DNA of 40,804 nucleotides from Gammaproteobacteria bacterium (GTDB lineage Bacteria; Pseudomonadota; Gammaproteobacteria; Comchoanobacterales; Comchoanobacteraceae): NCBI GenBank assembly GCA_016874185.1, contig VGUW01000001.1, positions 1 to 40,804 of the forward strand, read 5' to 3'. Shown piece by piece: positions 1 to 6,746 of this stretch (position 1 is its first letter; each line of letters starts with the position of its first letter). The notes under the pieces were generated by a model. It saw only the letters and a program-made list of their open reading frames with translations, ran no database searches and was not told where the DNA came from. The position numbers and the translations under genes were made by a program.

Positions 1-58
1 TCAGGATTGAGCTTTTCCCACCGCCTGATGGAGCTACTAAAATGATGACAGGAACCAT
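1..58 (-). CDS. gmk: 5' end of a P-loop kinase gene, probably guanylate kinase; runs off the window edge
   Basis: Reverse complement of 1-58 reads MVPVIILVAPSGGGKSSIL. The start codon is at 58-56 and the Walker A loop sits as in Gmk (E. coli ..VSAPSGAGKSSLI). Only 19 codons are visible. Confidence 0.45.
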   Translation of the reverse strand, partial: MVPVIILVAPSGGGKSSIL

Positions 59-182
59 AAGTTTAAACCTTTTCCTACAAAATAACTGAATCTATAAAAA
101 AAGTAAAACCGGCTATCCCCCCGCTTATTCCCCCTAATAAAAATATATTTATAATTATTTTTAAGTAATTTGAGCATAAGTA

Positions 183-211
183 TTGACATTTTTTGTTTAA
201 AAATGTATTTT
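183..211 (+). promoter_or_regulatory. sigma70-like promoter for the two small ORFs
   Basis: TTGACA (183-188), a 17-nt spacer, then TATTTT (206-211). An AAGGA RBS at 228-232 and the ATG at 239 follow. Confidence 0.4.
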
Positions 212-238
212 TTGCTCATAATTTATCAAGGATACATC

Positions 239-451
239 ATGGACCCAGTATTCACCCCAAATAGACGCACTAAACCACAGGCCCCCAAAGCGCCTCTTCA
301 GTATCGTTATCATAAATTTAAAAAACCCTCTGCCGACGCGGCAAATATAAATTTTCTTCATCCCCGCAAGCTTGATCTTGACCTTAATCTTGATCCTAAA
401 AGAAACAGTGATGATCATTCTTGTAACCCATTTAAATTTCTAACAACCTAA
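239..451 (+). CDS. small basic, Pro-rich, probably disordered hypothetical protein (70 aa)
   Basis: ATG at 239 is preceded by AAGGA. The listed ORF 170-451 has an AT-rich 5' extension with no RBS. Product: MDPVFTPNRRTKPQAPKAP...LDLDLNLDP...CNPFKFLTT. No family recognised. Confidence 0.45.
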   Translation: MDPVFTPNRRTKPQAPKAPLQYRYHKFKKPSADAANINFLHPRKLDLDLNLDPKRNSDDHSCNPFKFLTT

Positions 452-461
452 GGAAAAAACC

Positions 462-659
462 ATGAACCCACAAACTCCAATTCGAAATTCAGTTGATGCA
501 CCCGTATGCCCTTTTGCACCTGCAAAGTCAAATCAGCAACAAGTTCTCAATCTTGCCAGTGTCAGCAGAAATTTAGCAACTTTATTTGCAGCCGCTGCAC
601 TTTCAACTGAGACTACAGCTCATTCACCATCAGCCACTTATCATCTAAACAGAGGCTAA
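462..659 (+). CDS. small Ala/Ser/Thr-rich hypothetical protein (65 aa)
   Basis: Starts 10 nt after the previous stop, with an AAGGA RBS (taaggaaaaaaccATG). No family recognised. Confidence 0.4.
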   Translation: MNPQTPIRNSVDAPVCPFAPAKSNQQQVLNLASVSRNLATLFAAAALSTETTAHSPSATYHLNRG

Positions 660-720
660 CGGCTTCACTCTTGTCATTCGCACAGAAGTTAGCTAGTATA
701 GCCAGATTTAAAGGATCAAT

Positions 721-1434
721 ATGCGACTGACCAGAGCCAATACCGAGCCCAGGCCGATTAAAATCATCAAAGATTTTAGCCCTCACCCCGAGGGCTCTGT
801 ATTATACTGCAGTGGAAACACGAAAGTTCTTTGTAATATCAGCATTGAAGAAGGCGTGCCCCGGTTTCTCAAAGATGAACGCTCTGGCTGGTTAACAGCT
901 GAATATTCTTTGCTGCCCCGCTCAACTCATGCCCGCTGCCAACGAGAGGCAGTGCAGGGAAAACAAAGCGGCCGAACGCTTGAAATCCAAAGACTTATTG
1001 GCAGAAGCCTTCGATCCATGATCGATCTAAGCAAGATTCCAGGTTACACAATCACTGTGGACTGTGATGTACTGACCGCTGATGGTGGAACACGAACCGC
1101 AGCAATCAATGGCGCATCTTGTGCACTGCTGCTTGCTCTTCAAAAAATGCAATACAAAAAAATGATTAAGGAAGATCCTATTCGCTATCTAATCGGGGCC
1201 ATTTCAGTTGGTGTGAAAAATAATGAGATTCTTGTTGATTTGGACTATGAGGAGGATAGCAAAATTGACACAGATCTGAACATTGTTCTCACTGAATCTC
1301 ATCAGTGCATCGAGATCCAAGGTACTGCTGAAATATTACCACTGGATCTTGAAACCATGAATCAGGCAATTTCACAATCAAAAATCGCAATTAGCCAAAT
1401 TATTGACACAATTAAGCAATCACTTAACGAATAA
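721..1434 (+). CDS. rph: ribonuclease PH
   Basis: Alignable along its full length with E. coli RNase PH (EGSVL..GNTKVLC..EEGVPRFLK, GRTLEIQRLIGRSLR, DCDVLTADGGTRTAAINGASCAL). Confidence 0.95.
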   Translation: MRLTRANTEPRPIKIIKDFSPHPEGSVLYCSGNTKVLCNISIEEGVPRFLKDERSGWLTAEYSLLPRSTHARCQREAVQGKQSGRTLEIQRLIGRSLRSMIDLSKIPGYTITVDCDVLTADGGTRTAAINGASCALLLALQKMQYKKMIKEDPIRYLIGAISVGVKNNEILVDLDYEEDSKIDTDLNIVLTESHQCIEIQGTAEILPLDLETMNQAISQSKIAISQIIDTIKQSLNE

Positions 1435-3952
1435 GTTGGTTTATCACATAATTTAAAATTCCGCCCTGCTTGAGATACTGCATTTCAATTGCAGTGTCAA
1501 CCCGGGCCATTATTTTTGCCTTGATACTCTTGCCATCCAACCGCTTAATCAATAAATCTAGAATCTGACGAGGACCATTCATTTTATCAATGCCCAAAAC
1601 AGAAACCGACTCACTTCCATCAATTCCAAGACTCTGAGCCGATTGGCCATCGAGAAATTCGCAGGGCAAAACCCCCATGCCAATAAGATTAGAACGATGA
1701 ATGCGCTCAAAACTCTCGGCAATCACAACTTTAATTCCCAAAAGCAACGTTCCTTTCGCCGCCCAATCTCTGGATGAACCAGTACCATATTCTTTTCCTG
1801 CAATCACCACCACTTTACGCTGATCTTGCTGATATGCCATCGCCGCATCATAAATGCTCATCTGCTCACCTGCTGGGAAATGCTTGGTATATCCACCTTG
1901 AATACCAGGTACAATCTTATTTTGGATACGAATATTGGCAAAGGTTCCTCGCACCATTACCTTATAATTGCCACGGCGAGATCCGTATGAGTTGAAGTCT
2001 TTTTGATCAATCCCCTGGGCTCTTAAATAAATACCTGCAGGACTATCTGATTTTATAACTCCTGCCGGTGAAATATGATCTGTGGTTACACTATCACCCA
2101 GCAATGCAAGTATGGCCGCACCATGAATGTCAACCAGTGAATCTGACCCTGAAAAGAAATCCGGACATTGAATATAAGTAGAACCATCACTCCACTGATA
2201 GGTCTTTCCGGCAGCTACATGAATATCTCGCCATGCCTGCGTTCCTATAAATACATCACTGTACTCATTTAAAAACATCTCTTTACGCACAATTCTGACC
2301 ATATCAGAAATCTCATGATCGGATGGCCATATATCCGACAAGTATACAGGCTCGCCTTGCAATCCAAAACCAATCGGATCTTTCTCAAGATTAATCAATG
2401 TACTGCCAGCCAGTGCATACGCAACAACAAGCGGAGGCGAGGCAAGCCAATTTGCCTCAGCGTGAGGATGAATTCTCCCCTCAAAATTTCGATTACCCGA
2501 AAGAACTGAGACAGCAACAATCTGATGCTTGGTAATATACTCAGCCAAATCAGCATCGATTGGCCCTGAATTACCTATACAGGTGGTGCAACCATACCCA
2601 ACGTTATAAAAGCCCAGTGCATTCAAGTCATCTGTCAAACCCAACTCATCCAAATAAGCCGTCACTACTTTAGACCCAGGGGCCAATGAAGTTTTCACCC
2701 ATGATGGTACCTTCAGCCCAAACTGACGCGCCTTTCTTGCAACAAGCCCTGCTGCAATCAATACTGAAGGATTCGAAGTATTGGTACAGCTTGTAATTGC
2801 AGCGATAATAACATCACCATGACGTAACACGCCCTTATCAACATCGGGCCTGTCTTTTATTAAAGCAGCCATCACGTTTGGAACCCCCTCAAGATCAACT
2901 CGATCCTGAGGCCGCTTAGGGCCGGCTAAGCTAGGCTTTACCTTGGACATATCTAAATGAAGTGTATCCGTATAGTGAACATCTGGATCTTGTGCCTTAT
3001 CCCACATTTGATTTTCCACCAAATAAGCTCGCACTTTCTGAATATGATCCTCAGACCGACCTGTTAATCGTAAATATGACAGGGTTTGCTCATCAACAGG
3101 AAAAATACCAATGGTCGCACCATATTCAGGCGCCATATTTGCAATCGTAGCACGCTCGGCAACATTAAGTTCTTTCACACCAGGGCCATAAAATTCAACA
3201 AATTTATCCACAACCCCTTTTTTTCTTAACATCTGAGTGATAGTGAGCACCAAATCTGTGGAAGTCACTCCTGTTGAAATTTTACCATCAAGACGAAACC
3301 CTATCACTTCAGGCAAGGTCATTGAAATAGGCTGACCCAGCATAGCGGCTTCTGCCTCAATACCACCAACACCCCAACCTAAAACCCCTAAACCATTAAC
3401 CATGGTTGTGTGACTATCAGTACCCACAACCGTATCTGGAAATAATCGGCCGTCTCTTTCAGAAACCACCTCTGCCAAATACTCAATATTAACCTGATGA
3501 CAAATACCAGTCCCAGGTGGAACAACCCTTAGCCCCTTAAAGGCCTGCTGACTCCATTTCAAGAATTCATAACGCTCATGATTCCTATTGACCTCGACCT
3601 CAACATTCGCCTCATAGGCAAGTTCATTGCCATAATGATCAACAACCACCGAGTGATCAATCACCATATCAACCGGAATCAAAGGATTAATGACTGAGGG
3701 ATCTTTACCCCTAGAAATAACCTCGTCACGCATCGCAGCCAAATCAACAACCGCAGGGACACCTGTAAAGTCCTGCATCAGTACTCTAGCTGGGAGAAAA
3801 GATACTTCCGGGCGGGTTAGATCTGAATTCACGTGGCTCTGAAAGACTGAGGAATCTTCGTCGAGGGACGACTTCATCAGAACCATCAGAGAGTATGGAA
3901 GATTTTTTTGGCGAATCACTTGGCACCCCTTGCTTAGACAATTCAAAATCAA
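1424..3952 (-). CDS. acnA: aconitate hydratase A; N-terminus short and start codon uncertain
   Basis: PARVLMQDFTGVPAVVDLAAMR, GTDSHTTM, SCTNTSNP and GCTTCIGNSGP (Fe-S ligand motifs). The open frame begins with TTG at 3952 and the first ATG is codon 23 (3886). 842 aa against about 890 aa for typical AcnA. Confidence 0.9.
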   Translation of the reverse strand: MILNCLSKGCQVIRQKNLPYSLMVLMKSSLDEDSSVFQSHVNSDLTRPEVSFLPARVLMQDFTGVPAVVDLAAMRDEVISRGKDPSVINPLIPVDMVIDHSVVVDHYGNELAYEANVEVEVNRNHERYEFLKWSQQAFKGLRVVPPGTGICHQVNIEYLAEVVSERDGRLFPDTVVGTDSHTTMVNGLGVLGWGVGGIEAEAAMLGQPISMTLPEVIGFRLDGKISTGVTSTDLVLTITQMLRKKGVVDKFVEFYGPGVKELNVAERATIANMAPEYGATIGIFPVDEQTLSYLRLTGRSEDHIQKVRAYLVENQMWDKAQDPDVHYTDTLHLDMSKVKPSLAGPKRPQDRVDLEGVPNVMAALIKDRPDVDKGVLRHGDVIIAAITSCTNTSNPSVLIAAGLVARKARQFGLKVPSWVKTSLAPGSKVVTAYLDELGLTDDLNALGFYNVGYGCTTCIGNSGPIDADLAEYITKHQIVAVSVLSGNRNFEGRIHPHAEANWLASPPLVVAYALAGSTLINLEKDPIGFGLQGEPVYLSDIWPSDHEISDMVRIVRKEMFLNEYSDVFIGTQAWRDIHVAAGKTYQWSDGSTYIQCPDFFSGSDSLVDIHGAAILALLGDSVTTDHISPAGVIKSDSPAGIYLRAQGIDQKDFNSYGSRRGNYKVMVRGTFANIRIQNKIVPGIQGGYTKHFPAGEQMSIYDAAMAYQQDQRKVVVIAGKEYGTGSSRDWAAKGTLLLGIKVVIAESFERIHRSNLIGMGVLPCEFLDGQSAQSLGIDGSESVSVLGIDKMNGPRQILDLLIKRLDGKSIKAKIMARVDTAIEMQYLKQGGILNYVINQLIR

Positions 3953-5387
3953 AATAATACTGAAGTACTAAATAGTATATCACAGTTAGCACTATAGCAT
4001 GGCCACTTACCCACTGCAATAATCCAAAAGAGCTTAACCAACACACACCTACAATCAATCCAACCAAAGAGCACAACTCTTCCAAATAGGCAAAAGAAAT
4101 AAAAAGGTCTAGCGACTCAGGGTATTCATCCTTTTCCAAAAGACTGGCCTGGTATAAGCGCAATTGGGTTGCCAAAATCCTGCCTAAAATAACAAAACTG
4201 CTCCACAATAAACCGGCTTTAATATTAAAAATCCAGGCTCCAAAACCAAAAGCAAAAATCGAATTAACAGCAAAAAAAACCGTTTGAAAGTAGCCCCACT
4301 CAATCACCTGACGCTGAATATCCCCAGGAAACTGAAAAGACGCAAGGCCTCTGATTTTTACAATTTGCCGTGCCAATTTATAAACCAATATCAACAATGC
4401 TGAAGATTTGAATTCCTTAACCAGATCCCCCCAGGCACCAGCATGATGACTCAACACCCAGATCATCAAACCACGGCTTAAACCCAGTTCAGAGGCAGAA
4501 AATAAATTAATCACCTTATCCGGGCTCACATTCAAGCCCGCTTGCTGCCTCTTTTTCCAAAAATCCCTGAGTTTATCAATCAATTCATGTGTACCCGACT
4601 CAGGGATGATCTTAGGATCTGCTTCCTTTTGGAAAATTGATAAAAGGTTTGCATCTCCCTCGCGGGCAAGCAAGGAGCTCACAGTCTCCCGGATCTGTGT
4701 CGCAATTTCCTTTTGACTTGAATTATCAGCCCAAAATGAAGAAGAGAAGTAAGTTAGGAATTTAGTCAAATTTCTACTGCTGCCTTTTGCATCACTTTCC
4801 TTGTTAAATTCAGCCAGAAGCTTTTTTAAAAGATCCTCAGGATTGATATTAAAGCCCCCGGGGCCCTCTTGCCGTTTTTTAAAAATGGCATTTAGAATTT
4901 TCGCCTGTACAAAAGGCTCAAATTTAAGATAGTGAGATGTCAAAAAAGCGCCCAATTCCTGATCAGCCAGTAGAAGCATCAGTAAATCCGGCAACAATAA
5001 TCGTATAAACTTTGAAATCTCCTGACAATCTAAATCCACTAAAGCGTTAAACAGCTGGATAATTGTTTTAATCTCAATATCAGCCTGTGACTCCGAAAAC
5101 AGTGCTATAAAAAGCAAATGATTTTTGGGGCATCGACGCCAGCTGTCGCTAGCCTCTTTTCGAATTTTGCCAAGAAGTGCCTTTGCTGAAATTAACCGAA
5201 CACCTTTGTAACCAATATCCCCAAACAGCCGCCACTTAATTAAGTCCAAAATGAGAGGATCATTGAGAGAAGCCTCAATAGAAGCATAGAATGCTTGCAC
5301 ACGATCTTGATCAGAAAGAATTTTAGATCGATAATAACGATTGTCATCCAGAAAAGACTTCAAGTCATTTTGACTACTATCATGCAT
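3786..5387 (-). CDS. orphan membrane protein: about 370 aa helical soluble N-terminal region, four predicted C-terminal TM helices, then a polar tail
   Basis: 533-aa ORF with an ATG start, 42 nt downstream of ssb on the same strand. Hydrophobic segments: GYFQTVFFAVNSIFAFGFGAWIF, LLWSSFVILGRILA, LCSLVGLIVGVCWLSSFGLL, AIVLTVIYYLVLQYYF. No family recognised. Confidence 0.7.
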   Translation of the reverse strand: MHDSSQNDLKSFLDDNRYYRSKILSDQDRVQAFYASIEASLNDPLILDLIKWRLFGDIGYKGVRLISAKALLGKIRKEASDSWRRCPKNHLLFIALFSESQADIEIKTIIQLFNALVDLDCQEISKFIRLLLPDLLMLLLADQELGAFLTSHYLKFEPFVQAKILNAIFKKRQEGPGGFNINPEDLLKKLLAEFNKESDAKGSSRNLTKFLTYFSSSFWADNSSQKEIATQIRETVSSLLAREGDANLLSIFQKEADPKIIPESGTHELIDKLRDFWKKRQQAGLNVSPDKVINLFSASELGLSRGLMIWVLSHHAGAWGDLVKEFKSSALLILVYKLARQIVKIRGLASFQFPGDIQRQVIEWGYFQTVFFAVNSIFAFGFGAWIFNIKAGLLWSSFVILGRILATQLRLYQASLLEKDEYPESLDLFISFAYLEELCSLVGLIVGVCWLSSFGLLQWVSGHAIVLTVIYYLVLQYYFDFELSKQGVPSDSPKKSSILSDGSDEVVPRRRFLSLSEPREFRSNPPGSIFSPS

Positions 5388-5429
5388 CCAAAAATTTCCA
5401 CTGACTTTCTCTTTTTGTCATCACTGTGC

Positions 5430-5843
5430 TTAAAAAGGAATATCATCCATCAAATCATCGGCAGAACCATGCATCTGAGGAGCCTCGACGATTGACTGGT
5501 CAGTTCGAGCATCAATCATTTGCAAATCTGATGACACGACTTCTGTGGTGTAACGTTCAGCGCCATTTTTATCCTCCCATTTTCTTGTTCTTAATGCACC
5601 CTCTACATATAATTTTGCACCTTTCTTGACATAGTCTCTAACAATTTCAGCGGCTTTGCCAAAAAACACAACACGATGCCACTCAGTTCTTTCCTGCTTC
5701 TCACCCGTTGCTTTGTCTCGCCAAACTTCAGATGTTGCAATGGATAAATTGGCGATAGCTTGGCCATTGGCTGTGTAACGTACCTCAGGATCATTGCCAA
5801 CATTTCCAACTAAAATTACTTTATTTACCCCACGCTGCGCCAT
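5430..5843 (-). CDS. ssb: single-stranded DNA-binding protein
   Basis: [20 protein letters not shown]-fold N-terminus, [11 protein letters not shown], and an acidic C-terminal tip DDIPF. Confidence 0.95.
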   Translation of the reverse strand: MAQRGVNKVILVGNVGNDPEVRYTANGQAIANLSIATSEVWRDKATGEKQERTEWHRVVFFGKAAEIVRDYVKKGAKLYVEGALRTRKWEDKNGAERYTTEVVSSDLQMIDARTDQSIVEAPQMHGSADDLMDDIPF

Positions 5844-5980
5844 ATTTGATATCTCATTTTTAAACCATGCTATTATACATGATCAAGCATAGAAAAATCC
5901 AGTACCTGGAAAATGACACCAGAAGGGTTGGCAAAACCCATTTCTTTATGGAATACTATGTTGGGTTAAGGAAAAACATA

Positions 5981-6424
5981 ATGGCAGATTTAAGTCTTGA
6001 AGCATCTCGAGAATTTTGGAAAAACTTCTCTGACCCAAGGGTCTTTGAAGTTATTAATATCATGGAAAAAGTTGAAACATGGACACTTGATGGTAACAGT
6101 AAGATTGAAGAGGCTTTGACAAAGTTAGAATCTGCACTTGATCTTGCTGATGGCATTGAGATCACACAATATGACAAACTCGTCTACCTGGGCGCATACT
6201 TAAAAACCTCACGTGTCCTTAAGCTAATGCAGGAGCTTGACACCAGTTCCCCAGGAGCTGCATCTCGCCTTCTGGGATATGCTGAAACAGAAAACCATGA
6301 GAATGAGGCCGCCCAAATATTCATCCGAAGAAACCTGGTTTTTGAAAGACTTAGACTGCTAAGCAGAATCTTTAGTTCTAAAAACTTAAAAATCATCGAA
6401 GAAGCCCTGGAGAATTATTCATGA
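5981..6424 (+). CDS. icmW: Dot/Icm type IVB secretion adaptor IcmW
   Basis: MADLSLEAS..F.., IMEKVETWTLDGN, SSPGAASRLL and RRNLVFERLRLLSRIF match the Legionella and Coxiella IcmW sequences as I recall them (MPDLSHEAS.., FMESVENWTLDGN, RNIVFERLRLLSRVF). Length is similar (147 aa against about 151). AAGGA RBS lies 8 nt upstream of ATG 5981. The ORF-track extension to 5867 is not supported by homology. Confidence 0.8.
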   Translation: MADLSLEASREFWKNFSDPRVFEVINIMEKVETWTLDGNSKIEEALTKLESALDLADGIEITQYDKLVYLGAYLKTSRVLKLMQELDTSSPGAASRLLGYAETENHENEAAQIFIRRNLVFERLRLLSRIFSSKNLKIIEEALENYS

Positions 6425-6723
6425 TGCAAACCGTTATCATTTCACTCATGCTAACAACGCTGGCCATTGCTCAAGAAGAAGCGGCATCAAAATACAATTT
6501 ATTTGACTCCTGCGCAAACAAAGGCATCAACCCAGGTGGTGAAGCAGCTGTTAAGTGCGCTTACCGACAGTCATTGATGCAGTACTTAACAGCTCAGACC
6601 TTGACCAGTGAAGAGCAAAAAGCCATGACAGTCACTATGTCAGATTCAAGCAGCAGTAACTCTGAAACACAGGCATTGGACTCTTCCAGTACTGCAGTAA
6701 CAGCACAACCCTCAAGTACTTAA
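6421..6723 (+). CDS. small secreted protein (100 aa), translationally coupled to icmW
   Basis: Its ATG overlaps the icmW stop (ATGA at 6421-6424). Hydrophobic N-terminus MMQTVIISLMLTTLAIA/QEE, two Cys, and a Ser/Thr-rich C-terminal third. No family recognised. Confidence 0.6.
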   Translation: MMQTVIISLMLTTLAIAQEEAASKYNLFDSCANKGINPGGEAAVKCAYRQSLMQYLTAQTLTSEEQKAMTVTMSDSSSSNSETQALDSSSTAVTAQPSST

Positions 6724-6746
6724 ATAACCTTCTAAGGATACTTCAT

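Noticed and set aside
1774..3150. Plus-strand ORFs 1774-1995, 2315-2509 and 2962-3150 inside acnA
   Set aside because: They lie antisense to a continuous, strongly homologous 842-aa aconitase frame. They have no RBS, and their products are low-complexity with no recognisable family.
5906..5922. CTGG-N9-CCAG inverted repeat in the ssb/icmW intergenic region, considered as a LexA/SOS box
   Set aside because: The arms are only 4 bp, and the spacing and sequence differ from CTGT-N8-ACAG. Legionella-type organisms are reported to lack LexA.
5867..5980. 38-codon N-terminal extension of the icmW ORF ([12 protein letters not shown]...)
   Set aside because: IcmW homology starts exactly at MADLSLEAS (5981), which has its own AAGGA RBS. 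The extension would lengthen the protein well beyond known IcmW and has no similarity to it.
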